Below, in pieces: positions 45,980 to 56,032 of a DNA stretch of 64,000 nt. The DNA comes from an uncultured Gemmatimonadales bacterium (GTDB lineage Bacteria > Gemmatimonadota > Gemmatimonadetes > Longimicrobiales > RSA9), in the NCBI GenBank assembly GCA_963783305.1, contig CAWAMW010000016.1:32001-96000 (forward strand), in the 5' to 3' direction. The first letter of the stretch is position 1. Each line of letters opens with the position of its first letter. A program made the position numbers and the translations under genes. The notes beneath the pieces were generated by a model, which worked only from the letters and a program-made list of their open reading frames with translations, made no database searches and was not told the origin of the DNA.

Positions 45980-47392
45980 TCACCCGGGAACGCCCGCGGC
46001 GGTGCGGGCGCGGAATCGGAGCGCGGCGCGCACGAGCCCGGGCGCCCACGTGGCCGCGGCGAGGGCGTGAACGTGGGTGTAGGAGGCGAGAACCTGCCTG
46101 CGCATGAGGCCGTCGCGGGCGCCGTCGAAGCCGTAGCCGCGACGCACGGCGAACGCAAAGCTCAGCTCGTCCTCCGTGGCCCGCAGATACGTGTGGTGGA
46201 ACTCGTGGCCCCGGAGCGTTTCGCCCAGCGGGATGAACGGGTTCTCGGCCACCGTCTCCAGGATGGTGTAGCCGTGACCACGCGGCCGCTCCTGGAAATC
46301 GAACGCAGCGGGGAGGACGCCGGCCATGGGGTAGCGCCGGCCGCGGATGTCGAGCTCCATCCCGAGGAACACCGCGCCGCCGCACTCGGCGTACATGGGC
46401 ATGCCCGCCTCGGCGGCCGCGCGGACGTCCTCGCGGAACCAGTGGTTCTCGGCCAGGGTGGCGGCCATGGTCTCGGGGAACCCGCCGCCGATGTAGAGGG
46501 CGTCGACCCGGGGAAGGACACGGTCGGTGAGGGGCGAGACAGCCACCACCTCCGCGCCTTCCCGGGCCAACGCTTCGAGATTCTCCGGATAGTAGAACTG
46601 GAACGCCGCGTCCTGGAACACGCCGATCCGGACGGGCTCGGCGCCCCGGACGATCGCCTGCCTCGGTCCGGCCGGCATGCAGAGCGTGCTCGAGGAGAGA
46701 TCCGGCGCACGTCGAGCGATGGCGGTGATGGCGGGCAGGTCCAGGTGCCGACGGGCCAGCTCACCGGCCGCCCGGATCGCGGCCCCCCGCCCACCGTGCT
46801 CCGCGGGTGGGATCAGGCCCAGGTGTCGCTCCGGGAAGATGGGCTGGTCCAGGCGTGGCAGGGCCCCCACTACGGGGAGCCCCGTGGCCTCCGTGATGGA
46901 GTCCCGGATCACCGTCTCGTGGCGGCAGCCGGAGACACGGTTCAGCACCACGGCGGCCAGCGGCACCTCGGGGTCCAGCCGCTGACAGCCGAGCACCGAG
47001 GCGGCCACGGTCCGCGTCGCCTTGGTGCAGTCCACGACCAGGAGGACCGGGACACCCAGCATCTTGGCGAGCTCCGCGGAGCTGAACGAGCCGCGCGCGT
47101 CGGCGCCGTCGTAGAGGCCGCGGTTGCCCTCGATGACGGCCACATCGGCGTCGCAGGCGTGCTCGATGAACGAACGCCGGATCGCGTCCGGGGTGAGGAG
47201 AAAGAGATCCAGGTTCCTGCACGGCCGTCCGGCCGCCGATGCCGACCAGGCGGCGTCGATGTAGTCCGGCCCCTTCTTGAACGGCGCGACGCTCAACCCC
47301 TCCGCGCGCCAGGCCGCCTGGAGCCCCACGCTCAGCAGCGTCTTGCCACCACCGCCGCTGAGCCCGGCCACCAGCACCCGCGGGATCTCCAT
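45980..47392 (-). CDS. dsrN: DsrN, CobB/CbiA-like siroheme amidase
   Basis: GGGGKT, FKKGPDYID, EGNRGLYDG, ERHLGL, AECGG, GHEFH; position directly after dsrL. Confidence 0.88.
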   Translation of the reverse strand: MEIPRVLVAGLSGGGGKTLLSVGLQAAWRAEGLSVAPFKKGPDYIDAAWSASAAGRPCRNLDLFLLTPDAIRRSFIEHACDADVAVIEGNRGLYDGADARGSFSSAELAKMLGVPVLLVVDCTKATRTVAASVLGCQRLDPEVPLAAVVLNRVSGCRHETVIRDSITEATGLPVVGALPRLDQPIFPERHLGLIPPAEHGGRGAAIRAAGELARRHLDLPAITAIARRAPDLSSSTLCMPAGPRQAIVRGAEPVRIGVFQDAAFQFYYPENLEALAREGAEVVAVSPLTDRVLPRVDALYIGGGFPETMAATLAENHWFREDVRAAAEAGMPMYAECGGAVFLGMELDIRGRRYPMAGVLPAAFDFQERPRGHGYTILETVAENPFIPLGETLRGHEFHHTYLRATEDELSFAFAVRRGYGFDGARDGLMRRQVLASYTHVHALAAATWAPGLVRAALRFRARTAAGVPG

Positions 47393-47396
47393 GGCG

Positions 47397-49082
47397 TCAC
47401 GCCATCTCGATGAACCCGCAGGGGCAGATCTCGGCGCACTTCGCGCACCCGGTGCAGTTGCCGAGGTTGAAGCCGTACAGCTCCCCCCCCTTCATGGGTT
47501 TGGCGATGGCGCTGTCCTGGCAGTACATCCAGCACTTCTCGCAGTCGAAGCAGTGGCCGCAGCTCATGCAGCGGTCCGCCTCGTCGAGCAGCTGCTCGGC
47601 CGTGAACCCCAGGTTCACCTCGGTCTCCAGGTCCGTCAGCCGATCCTCGAGCGGCAGCACCGCCGCCTCGTTCCGGGCCTTCGTCACGTAGTGGTCCAGG
47701 CGCATCCGGTCCGTGCGGACCACCGGGCGCTCGTCCGGCTGCGCCGCTGTGCCCCTGAACTTCCGGTCCATGGCCTCCGCCGCGCGGCGGCCGTGACCGA
47801 TGGCGTCGGTCACCAGGGCGAGACGCGTCACGTCCCCACCGGCCCAGACGCCGTCCACCTTCGTCGTGCCATCCGCGTCCGTCCGGACCCAGTCGTTCCC
47901 GTCGATCAGCGACTCGAAGCCCGCGAAGTCCGGGGCCTGGCTCACCGCCGAGATCACCGCGCTCGCCGGGATCTCGAACTCCGACCCCTCGATGGGCACC
48001 GGCCGGCGGCGGCCCGAGGCGTCGGGCTCGCCCAGCTCCATGCGGATCGCGCGCATGGCGGTGACCCGTCCGTTCTCCTTCCGGAACCCGGCGGGAGCCG
48101 CGAGGAACTCGACGTTCACGCCCTCGGCGATGGCCTCCTCGACCTCCTCCCTGATGGCCGGCATCTCCTGGAGCGTGCGGCGGTAGAGGACGGTTACATT
48201 GGCGCCCAGACGCTTGCAGATCCGGGCCGCGTCAATGGCCGTGTCCCCGCCACCCACCACGATGGCCACCACGTCGTCGCCCAGGTCCAGCTGCTCGCCG
48301 TGATGGAAGCGGTTGAGGAAGTCCACACCCGAGAACACGTTCGGCGCGTCCTCCCCCTCCAGGCCGAGTCGGACCCCCTGCTGCGCCCCCAGCGCGACAT
48401 AGACCGCGTCGTACTCGCGGAGCAGGCCGTCGATCCCGGGCTCGCCGCCCACCTTCACCCCCGTCCTGAGCTCCACGCCCAGGTCCAGGATCCGCTGGAC
48501 CTCCTCATCGAGCACCCGCTCCGGCAGACGGTACCCGGGGATCCCGTAGCGCAGCATGCCCCCGGCCTTCTCCATGCCCTCGAAGACCGTCACGCCGTAG
48601 CCGCGGCGGGCCAGCTGGTAGGCACACGAGAGGCCGCTCGGCCCCGCGCCCACGATGGCCACCGTCTCCGGCCGTCGCTCCTCCGTGAGACGCCGGAGCC
48701 CCAGGGCGTTTTCGCGGCCGTAATCGCCAATGGCGCGCTCGACCTTGTTGATGCTCACCGCGCCCTCGAGCTCACGGCGGTTGCACTCCGTCTCGCACGG
48801 CGCGGGACAGACCCGGCCGCAGACGGACGGGAAGGGGCTCGTGTCGGTGTAGATGTCCCACGCCTCCCGCATGGCCTGGTCCCGATCCTTCCCCAGCTTC
48901 GTGGCCTGCGCGATCGTCGTGAGGAACTCCCGGATCCGGTTCCCGCTCGGGCACCGGTCCGTGCACGGCGGTCGCTTCTCAATGTGACGCGGCCGGAGCG
49001 GGGACTGCTCGCGTCCGCCGCCACCCCCGTAGGAGCGCTTGTCGAACGACTTCTTGACCTTCTTCACCTTCTTGACAGCCAT
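47397..49082 (-). CDS. dsrL: DsrL, NAD(P)H-dependent iron-sulfur flavoprotein
   Basis: PPCTDRCP, GRVCPAPCETECNR, GAGPSG, GGGDTA, YRR; C-terminal CMSCGHCFDCEKC...CTGCAKCAEICPCG; follows dsrABD. Confidence 0.92.
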   Translation of the reverse strand: MAVKKVKKVKKSFDKRSYGGGGGREQSPLRPRHIEKRPPCTDRCPSGNRIREFLTTIAQATKLGKDRDQAMREAWDIYTDTSPFPSVCGRVCPAPCETECNRRELEGAVSINKVERAIGDYGRENALGLRRLTEERRPETVAIVGAGPSGLSCAYQLARRGYGVTVFEGMEKAGGMLRYGIPGYRLPERVLDEEVQRILDLGVELRTGVKVGGEPGIDGLLREYDAVYVALGAQQGVRLGLEGEDAPNVFSGVDFLNRFHHGEQLDLGDDVVAIVVGGGDTAIDAARICKRLGANVTVLYRRTLQEMPAIREEVEEAIAEGVNVEFLAAPAGFRKENGRVTAMRAIRMELGEPDASGRRRPVPIEGSEFEIPASAVISAVSQAPDFAGFESLIDGNDWVRTDADGTTKVDGVWAGGDVTRLALVTDAIGHGRRAAEAMDRKFRGTAAQPDERPVVRTDRMRLDHYVTKARNEAAVLPLEDRLTDLETEVNLGFTAEQLLDEADRCMSCGHCFDCEKCWMYCQDSAIAKPMKGGELYGFNLGNCTGCAKCAEICPCGFIEMA

Positions 49083-49114
49083 GGCCCCACCTCCCGCGAC
49101 ACGCGCGCGATCGA

Positions 49115-49136
49115 CGTTGTTACCGCGTTGTTACCG
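49115..49136. promoter_or_regulatory. 11-bp direct repeat upstream of dsrL (candidate operator)
   Basis: cgttgttaccg twice in tandem. Confidence 0.4.
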
Positions 49137-49140
49137 CTTC

Positions 49141-49171
49141 CCTCCGCCCCCCATGATGCCGGGGGCGGAGG
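49141..49171 (-). terminator. Strong hairpin downstream of dsrD (stabiliser or partial terminator; no U tract)
   Basis: Perfect 11-bp stem cctccgccccc/gggggcggagg with a 9-nt loop. Confidence 0.55.
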
Positions 49172-49207
49172 AGGAAGACGCTGCAGTCGTGACCCCCTGC
49201 GTTGGGT

Positions 49208-49456
49208 TCAGCTACCTTCCGCAGCGCCCTCCTTGTGCGGTACCTCGATGAAGCTGCCGCCGAAGTACGTGTACACACACCGCCCGGAGTCCATCAGGGT
49301 CCGGATGGCGGCCTTGCACGTCGTCCGATCGGCCTCCTCCCCATATTTCTCCTTCATCGCCTTGGTCAGGTCCAGGGCCTTGAACTTCTTCTTCCCCTGG
49401 TACTGGGCGACCATGTCGTACATGGCGTCTGCGACCTGCTCCGTTGTGACGGCCAT
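49208..49456 (-). CDS. dsrD: DsrD (divergent)
   Basis: 82 aa immediately after dsrB with GGAGG RBS; winged-helix pattern KKKFKALD..KAAIRTLMDSGRCVYTYFGGS. Confidence 0.8.
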   Translation of the reverse strand: MAVTTEQVADAMYDMVAQYQGKKKFKALDLTKAMKEKYGEEADRTTCKAAIRTLMDSGRCVYTYFGGSFIEVPHKEGAAEGS

Positions 49457-49467
49457 GGTGCTCCTCC

Positions 49468-50550
49468 TTAGTGTCTGAGGTGCGTGGACCGCTTGAATGT
49501 CAGCCCGGCGTACCTGTAGTCATCAATGTGCTCCTTCTGGAACTCGATGCCCGTCAGCTGGAAGAACTTCGGCCAGCCGATCCGCTCGATGAACTCGCCC
49601 ATCCGCTCGTGCTTCCGGGCGCCGTCCACCCACACGTCCACGATCTTCCGAACCGTGTTCACCACGGTCGGCCAGCGCGGCGGCTCGTTCTCGATGAACG
49701 GGACGGCCAGCTTCGAGAACATGGGCTCGTGACGGGCGTTGGAGACCTTGCCCCCCACCCACAGCGAGATCCCGTCGTTCAGCGCGTCCGCCATCGGCAG
49801 CGCCGGACAGACCGAGAAGCAGTTCGCGCAGTACATGCACAGCTCCTCGTCGATCACCACCGACGGGTTGCCATCCACCGTGGTCGGCCGGATCGCCGCC
49901 GTGGGGCACGCCGCCACCACGTTCGGGATCTCGCACAGCTTGTTCAGGTTGCCCTGCACCTTCGGCGGCCGCCGATGCACGCCCAGGATCGCGATGTCCG
50001 AACAGTGCACTGCGCCGCACATGTTCAGGCAGCACGCGAGCGCGATCCTCAGCTTGCCCGGGATCGGACGCGTGCCGTCGAAGTGCTCGTGCAGGTCGTC
50101 CATGACCGCCTTCACCAGACCGGACGCGTCCGTGGCCGCCGAGTGGCAGTGGACCCAGCCCTGGGTGTGCACGATGTTCGACACCGCGTGGCCGATCCCG
50201 CCCACCGGGTGCCCCAGATCCGCGAGCTCCGCGATGAGCGGCTCGATCTTCGACTCCTCCGTGAGGAGGAACTCCACGTTGTGCCGGCTGGTGAAGCGCA
50301 GGTAGCCGTCGCAGTACTTGTCGGCCAGCTCCGCGTACTTCCGGATGCGCTTCGTGCCCAGCAGCCGGGGCGAGGCGGCGCGCACCGTGAAGAGCATGTC
50401 GCCCGACTCTCCCACGTGGACCATGACGCCCGGCCTGATGATCCGGTGGAACTTCCAGGTCCCGTAGTTCTTCTTGACCATCGGGTGCAGGAAGCGCTTG
50501 TAGTCCGGGGGGCCGATGTCGGTCCTTCTTTCCTCCATTGCCGTTGCCAT
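49468..50550 (-). CDS. dsrB: Dissimilatory sulfite reductase beta subunit
   Basis: [49 protein letters not shown]. Confidence 0.98.
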   Translation of the reverse strand: MATAMEERRTDIGPPDYKRFLHPMVKKNYGTWKFHRIIRPGVMVHVGESGDMLFTVRAASPRLLGTKRIRKYAELADKYCDGYLRFTSRHNVEFLLTEESKIEPLIAELADLGHPVGGIGHAVSNIVHTQGWVHCHSAATDASGLVKAVMDDLHEHFDGTRPIPGKLRIALACCLNMCGAVHCSDIAILGVHRRPPKVQGNLNKLCEIPNVVAACPTAAIRPTTVDGNPSVVIDEELCMYCANCFSVCPALPMADALNDGISLWVGGKVSNARHEPMFSKLAVPFIENEPPRWPTVVNTVRKIVDVWVDGARKHERMGEFIERIGWPKFFQLTGIEFQKEHIDDYRYAGLTFKRSTHLRH

Positions 50551-50614
50551 CGTCTATCTCCCGATTGTCCGTTCGTTCGTTGGTTATCCGCTCCAGGTCC
50601 GCCCTCGGGCGGCG

Positions 50615-51847
50615 CTACGCCTTCACCGTTTCGACCTCTTCCTCCTCGACCTCTTCCTCCTCCTCCTCGTAGTATTCCTCGAAGAAGATGTAGGGGTTGT
50701 CGCGGGGGGCGTTGACCATTTCGGGGATGGGCTCGAGGCCGATGGCCTCGATGAAGTTGCCGAGCCCGACGCGCTGCATGAGCTCGCCGACGCGTTCGCG
50801 GTTCTTGCCGTGCTCACCCCAGAAGTCCCAGATCCGCTCGGCGAGGTCCTTCAGCTCCTCGTAGGGCGGCTCCATCTTCATGAACGGCACGATCACCGAC
50901 GAGAGCTGGGCGCCCTCCACGATGGGCGCCTTGGCCCCGAGGAGGATGGTCGCGCCGCGGTCGGTGCCCGGGCGCAGCGCCTCGGGCATCGCGTTGATGC
51001 AGTGCATGCACTTCACGCAGTTGCTGTTGTCGATCGTGAGCGTCTCGCCGTCCCACTCCATGCACTTCGTGGGGCAGTTGCTCACGACCTCGCGCTGGAT
51101 GTCGAGCCCCTCGGCGGCGTACCGCGTGACGCGCTCCTCGTCCATCCGGATGTCGTCCCGCCACGTCCCGATGATGGACATGTCCGCGCGGGCGATGGCC
51201 GCGACGCAGTCGTTGGGGCAGCCGGAGGCCTTGAACTTGAACTTGTACGGGAACGCCGGACGGTGGAGCTCGTCCTGGAAGGTGTTGGTGATGTCGTGGG
51301 TGAAGTCGAGCGTGTCGAAGCACGCCCACTCACACCGCGCCGGCCCGACGCAGCAGCTCGGGGTCCGCACATCGGAGCCGGAGCCGCCCAGGTCGAAGTC
51401 GTTGTCCGTCAGCTCCTTGAACGTGGGCTCCAGCTCGTCCGTGGACGTGCCCAGGAAGATGATGTCGCCCGTGGAGCCGTGCATGTTGGTGAGGCCGGAG
51501 CCGTGCCGGTCCCAGATGTCGCACAGGGTCCGCAGCGCGTCGGACGTGTAGAACCACCCCGCCGGCTGGTTGACCCGGAGCGTGTGGAAATGGGCGATGG
51601 CCGGGTACTCCTCCGGCCGGTCGTTGTAGCGGCCGATGACGCCGCCGCCGTACCCCATGACGCCCACGATCCCGCCGTGCTTCCAGTGGCCGACCTTCTC
51701 CTCGTAGGAACGCTCCAGCAGCTGCAGGAGCTGCTTGCAGGACTCCTTCTCGCTGGCCATCTCCTTGATCTGTGTGACGAAGCTGGGCCATGCTCCCTTT
51801 TCCAGCTCGTCCAAGAGCGGAGTGCCTTTACCGTTACCGTCTGCCAT
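50615..51847 (-). CDS. dsrA: Dissimilatory sulfite reductase alpha subunit
   Basis: [53 protein letters not shown]. Confidence 0.98.
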   Translation of the reverse strand: MADGNGKGTPLLDELEKGAWPSFVTQIKEMASEKESCKQLLQLLERSYEEKVGHWKHGGIVGVMGYGGGVIGRYNDRPEEYPAIAHFHTLRVNQPAGWFYTSDALRTLCDIWDRHGSGLTNMHGSTGDIIFLGTSTDELEPTFKELTDNDFDLGGSGSDVRTPSCCVGPARCEWACFDTLDFTHDITNTFQDELHRPAFPYKFKFKASGCPNDCVAAIARADMSIIGTWRDDIRMDEERVTRYAAEGLDIQREVVSNCPTKCMEWDGETLTIDNSNCVKCMHCINAMPEALRPGTDRGATILLGAKAPIVEGAQLSSVIVPFMKMEPPYEELKDLAERIWDFWGEHGKNRERVGELMQRVGLGNFIEAIGLEPIPEMVNAPRDNPYIFFEEYYEEEEEEVEEEEVETVKA

Positions 51848-51896
51848 CCTGATCTCCTTTCAACGGTTGCTCTGGCGTCTGCGCCAGCACTGCGAA

Positions 51897-53060
51897 TCAC
51901 ACCGACTCGAGCTGCTTCTCCCTCACATTCACCACGATCCTGCTCAGGGCCGTGAGGATCGCGAAGCCAAACGCATACACCCCCACGGTTACGGCGACCT
52001 CCACGAGCGTCGGCGCGTACTCGGTCACCTCGCCCAGCGGCGAGGGGATGAACCCACCTACGACCAGCCCCATCCCCTTCTCGATCCAGATGGCGATGAT
52101 CACGGCCACGGCGGTCGTTGCGAGCAGCCCCTCCCGCCGGCGCGTGGCCGGTGTGACGAGGAGGGCGACGCAGACGACGGTCAGAACGGCGTTGGTCCAC
52201 ATCCACGGGACGAGGTTGGTGTGCCCCTCGAGCCCGATGTAGAGGTACTGGAAGGTCTGGACGTGGTGCGGCATGTCGCTGTAGAGGCCGGTGAAGAGCT
52301 CCACCCCCACGAAGAACAGGTTCAGCGCCATGGCGTAGGCGACGATCACCGCCAGCTTCCGGATGGCCGTCCAGCCCACGTCGAAGCGGGTGGTGTGGCG
52401 CAGCAGCAGGGCGAGCAGGATCAGGAGGCTGGGCCCCGAGGCGAACGCCGACGCCAGGAACCGGGGCGCCAGGATCGCGGTCATCCAGAAGCTGCGCGCT
52501 TCCAGGCCGGAATAGAGGAACGCGGTGACCGTGTGGATGCTCACCGCCCACGGGATCGACAGGTAGATGAGCGGCTTTATCCAGGCGGGGGGCGGCCCGT
52601 CCTTCCGCTCGGCGTCGAAGGTGACGGACCCGATCACCAGGTTCAGGATCAGGTAGCCGAAGAGGACGACGCTGTCCCAGAACATGACCGAGTTGAGCGT
52701 GGGGTGCAGGAACATGTTCAGCACGCGTTCCGGGCGGCCCATGTCCACGAAGATGAAGACCATGCACATGAGGACGGCGGAGACCGCCAGGAACTCGCCG
52801 AGGATCACCAGCCTGCCGAAGGCCTTGTAGTCGTGGAGGTAGTAGGGCAGCACCACCATGACGGCGGACGCGGCCACGCCCACGAGGAAGGTGAACTGGG
52901 CGATATAGAGGCCCCAGGTGACGTCGCGGTTCATGCCGGTGACGCCGAGCCCCTCCGTGAACTGCTGGCCGTAGGCCAGCGCGCCCATGGCCATGAGGAT
53001 CGCCCAGACCCCCATGAGGGCCCAGTACCTCTTGCCGCCTCTGAACGCCGCTTCCAGCAT
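51897..53060 (-). CDS. dsrP: DsrP (NrfD family membrane subunit)
   Basis: WGLYIAQFTFLVGVAASAV, SIHTVTAFLY, APRFLASAF. Confidence 0.95.
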   Translation of the reverse strand: MLEAAFRGGKRYWALMGVWAILMAMGALAYGQQFTEGLGVTGMNRDVTWGLYIAQFTFLVGVAASAVMVVLPYYLHDYKAFGRLVILGEFLAVSAVLMCMVFIFVDMGRPERVLNMFLHPTLNSVMFWDSVVLFGYLILNLVIGSVTFDAERKDGPPPAWIKPLIYLSIPWAVSIHTVTAFLYSGLEARSFWMTAILAPRFLASAFASGPSLLILLALLLRHTTRFDVGWTAIRKLAVIVAYAMALNLFFVGVELFTGLYSDMPHHVQTFQYLYIGLEGHTNLVPWMWTNAVLTVVCVALLVTPATRRREGLLATTAVAVIIAIWIEKGMGLVVGGFIPSPLGEVTEYAPTLVEVAVTVGVYAFGFAILTALSRIVVNVREKQLESV

Positions 53061-53093
53061 GTCACTCCCTCACTCGCCGCCGATCGGCGGGAT

Positions 53094-53954
53094 TCACACG
53101 ACGTAGTAGACCTTCGGTCCGGTCCCCAGCTCGGGGCGTCGGACCATGGACGACCGCTCCCTCAGGATCCGGCTCACCTCCGACTCCGGGTCCCCCAGGT
53201 CACCGAACACCAGCGCACCCGCACCGCCCTCCACTCCGGCGGCGGCCTCTACGCACGCCGGCTGAAGCCCGTCCCGAAGCCGCTCCGCGCAGAAGTTGCA
53301 CTTCTCCACCACGCCCCGGGTGCGGGTGGGGAAGTCGGAGAGGAGCGCGCCCGCGTCGTCGGTCTCGATGAAGGGGCGCGGGTCGCGCCAGTTGAAGCTC
53401 CGGGAGCCGTAGGGGCAGGCGGCCATGCAGTAGCGGCAGCCGATGCACCGGTGCATGTCCATCATCACAATGCCGTCCGACGCGCGCTTCCAGGTGGCCT
53501 GGGTGGGACACACCCGGACGCACGGCGGGCTCTCGCAGTGGTTGCACATCACGAGGACCGGCGCGGTGCGGGTCTCCTCGGGGGTGCGATCGTGTACCCG
53601 CTCGGGGAAGACGTGGCCGTACTCCGCGCTCCACACCCACTTCACCTCGTCCTGCGGGTCGGGGACGCGGGGGATGTTGTGCGCGCGCCGGCAGGCGTCG
53701 ATCACCGTCGTCCGGACCGGCTCGGCCGAGCACTTGTCGACGTCCACGACCATGGCCAGCTGCCGCCCGGCGCCCGGCGCCGCGGCCGCTCCGCCCGCGG
53801 CGCCCGCGGCGTCCGCGTGCGCCTGGAGCGCCTCGGCCCCGTCGCACGCCGTGAGCAGCGGGAGCGCCCAGCCGGCGCCCAGGGCGACGCCCGACTCCTT
53901 CAGGAAACGCCGGCGGCTCCGGCCGCCCCCGCTCGTGGCGTCAGGGCTCGACAT
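53094..53954 (-). CDS. dsrO: DsrO, Tat-exported 4Fe-4S protein
   Basis: SRRRFLK; CRRAHNIP; CNHCESPPCVRVCP; CIGCRYCMAACP; EKCNFC. Confidence 0.93.
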   Translation of the reverse strand: MSSPDATSGGGRSRRRFLKESGVALGAGWALPLLTACDGAEALQAHADAAGAAGGAAAAPGAGRQLAMVVDVDKCSAEPVRTTVIDACRRAHNIPRVPDPQDEVKWVWSAEYGHVFPERVHDRTPEETRTAPVLVMCNHCESPPCVRVCPTQATWKRASDGIVMMDMHRCIGCRYCMAACPYGSRSFNWRDPRPFIETDDAGALLSDFPTRTRGVVEKCNFCAERLRDGLQPACVEAAAGVEGGAGALVFGDLGDPESEVSRILRERSSMVRRPELGTGPKVYYVV

Positions 53955-54312
53955 GGCACTCCCAGCAGGTGGGGCCCACATCCGCGTACTCGTGGCAGCG
54001 GACGCAGAACGTCTGGCGATCGTTGTGGCACCCCATGCAGGTGCCGGTGAGGCTGATGGCGTGCACGGCTCCGGTGGACGACGTGTACTCCGTCGCACCC
54101 TCCCGGACGGCGGCCTGGCGCCAGGCGCCCAGGAGCGCGGGGTGGTGGGCACGCATGTACTCCGCGCTCTCCACGCACTCCGTCTCGGCGGCGGGATAGA
54201 CCAGCTCGGGGGCCGCGCCCTCCGCGCGGGTCAGCGTGCCGTACCACGCGGGGAAGAGGGCGAGCGCGACGAAGACGCCGAGGCCCGTGTAGATCCAGGT
54301 GCGGTCGCTCAT
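53941..54312 (-). CDS. dsrJ: DsrJ triheme cytochrome c
   Basis: N-terminal TM; CMGCH, CVRCH, CWECH; CVES..YMR..H. Confidence 0.93.
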   Translation of the reverse strand: MSDRTWIYTGLGVFVALALFPAWYGTLTRAEGAAPELVYPAAETECVESAEYMRAHHPALLGAWRQAAVREGATEYTSSTGAVHAISLTGTCMGCHNDRQTFCVRCHEYADVGPTCWECHVEP

Positions 54313-56030
54313 GAGAGCCCTCCCGCCGGTACCGGCTCGGCTTCGGTGGTGGCGGGCACCGGCGGGCTCGCGGGCGGGCTCGTGGGCGGGCTCTCGGCGG
54401 GCAGCTCTTCCGGCGCCTCCCGCCCCGGGATCGGCTCGAGCCGGAGGTCGTGCGTCCGCGGCCCCTCGCCCTTCAGCACCAGTGCGTTGGCCACCAGCTC
54501 GCTGATGCCCGTCACCTCGACGCCGGGCGCCCAGTAGTCACAGACCGTGACGAGGGTCGCGCGGTCGATGGCGCACATGGCCGCCAGCCGGTTCACGTCG
54601 TGCTTCTCCTGGACGTGCTTGACCGCGAGACCGCGGGGCATGCCGCCGCGGAGCCGCACCTCCATGTTCTCGTCGGTGCCGAGACCGGCGCCGCCGCCGC
54701 AGCAGAAGGTCTGCTCCCGGATCGTGTTCTCGGGCATCTCGTGGAAGTGGTTGCAGACCGCGTTCAGCACGTAGCGCGGCTCCTCGAAGATCCCCATGGC
54801 CCGGGCGGGGTTGCAGGAGTCGTGGAACGTCACGCGGAGGTGGTCGTTCCGCGACGGCTCCAGCTCGAGCTTGTCGTGGCGGATGGCGTCGGCCAGGAAC
54901 TCCATGAGGTGGACCATCTTGGTGGAGCGCGCGTTCTCGAAGACGGTCCCCGTGAGGGGCGACGTGGGGACCTCGAGGAAGTCGGCGGGTCCGTTCACCG
55001 TGTCCATGTACTGGTTCACGACGCGCCACATGTGGCCGCACTCGCCGCCCAGGATCCACTTCACCTTCAGCCGCTTCGCCTCCGTGTACATCTTCGCGTT
55101 GAGGCGCTTGATCATCTCGTGGGAGGTGAAGAGGCCGAAGTTGCCGCCCTCGCTGGCGTAGGTGCTCCAGGTGTAGTCGATCCCCAGCTCGTGGAAGAGG
55201 ACCATGTACGCCATGCAGGTATAGATGCCGGGGGCCGCCACGTAGTCGCCGGAGGGGGTGACGAAGAGGATCTCGGCGCCCTTCCTGTTGATGGGCAGGT
55301 CCACGCGGATGCCGGTGGCCTCCTCAATGTCGTCCACCATGAACTCCAGGGTGTCCACCAGACCGTGCGGCTGGATCCCCAGGTGGTTTCCCGTGCGGAA
55401 GCAGTTGGCCGCCGGCTCGATGATCCAGTTCACGTAGAGCCCGAGCAGACCCAGCAGCTCCCGGCCCATCATGGTGATCTCGGCCGTGTCAATGCCGTAG
55501 GGGCAGAACACGCTGCAGCGACGGCACTCCGTGCACTGGTAGAAGTAGTAGAACCACTCCTTGATCACGTCCTCCGTCAGCGTGCGGCCGCCCGCCAGCT
55601 CCCCGAAGATCTTCCCCATGGCGGTGAAGTCCTTCCGGTAGATGGAGCGGAGCAGCTCGGCGCGGACCACGGGCATGTTCTTCGGGTCCCCGCTGCCGAG
55701 GAAGAAGTGGCACTTGTCGGCGCACGCGCCGCAGCGGACGCAGGTGTCCATGAAGAGCTTGAAGCTGCGGTACTTCTTCAGCCGCTCGGCCATCCCGTCG
55801 AGGATGATCCGCTGCCAGTCGTGGGGCAGCTGCCAGTCGACGTCCGTAACCGCCCACTCCCGCGGGTTCGGCAGACCCAGATACTCCAGGTGACGGGGCT
55901 TGCCGGGGTAGATGAAGGTCCCGGGCCGCAGGTCCGTGGGCGTCTCCTGCCACGGCGTGGCCGGCGGGCGCCAGTCCACGCCCAGCAGCGCCTGCTTGTC
56001 GTAGTAGTCGGGCTCGTCGAAGCGTGCCAT
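54309..56030 (-). CDS. dsrK: DsrK (HdrD-like)
   Basis: CVRCGACADKC, CTECRRCSVFCP, GECGHMWR, HDSCN, FCCGGG, CAID. Confidence 0.96.
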   Translation of the reverse strand: MARFDEPDYYDKQALLGVDWRPPATPWQETPTDLRPGTFIYPGKPRHLEYLGLPNPREWAVTDVDWQLPHDWQRIILDGMAERLKKYRSFKLFMDTCVRCGACADKCHFFLGSGDPKNMPVVRAELLRSIYRKDFTAMGKIFGELAGGRTLTEDVIKEWFYYFYQCTECRRCSVFCPYGIDTAEITMMGRELLGLLGLYVNWIIEPAANCFRTGNHLGIQPHGLVDTLEFMVDDIEEATGIRVDLPINRKGAEILFVTPSGDYVAAPGIYTCMAYMVLFHELGIDYTWSTYASEGGNFGLFTSHEMIKRLNAKMYTEAKRLKVKWILGGECGHMWRVVNQYMDTVNGPADFLEVPTSPLTGTVFENARSTKMVHLMEFLADAIRHDKLELEPSRNDHLRVTFHDSCNPARAMGIFEEPRYVLNAVCNHFHEMPENTIREQTFCCGGGAGLGTDENMEVRLRGGMPRGLAVKHVQEKHDVNRLAAMCAIDRATLVTVCDYWAPGVEVTGISELVANALVLKGEGPRTHDLRLEPIPGREAPEELPAESPPTSPPASPPVPATTEAEPVPAGGLS

Positions 56031-56032
56031 GG

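Noticed and set aside
45980..47392. Cobalamin biosynthesis cluster (cobB, cbiX, cobA)
   Set aside because: No other cob/cbi genes are present, and the context fits siroheme synthesis and DsrN.
47397..49082. Glutamate synthase small subunit (gltD) or NfnB
   Set aside because: The extra C-terminal ferredoxin domain and the position after dsrABD indicate DsrL.
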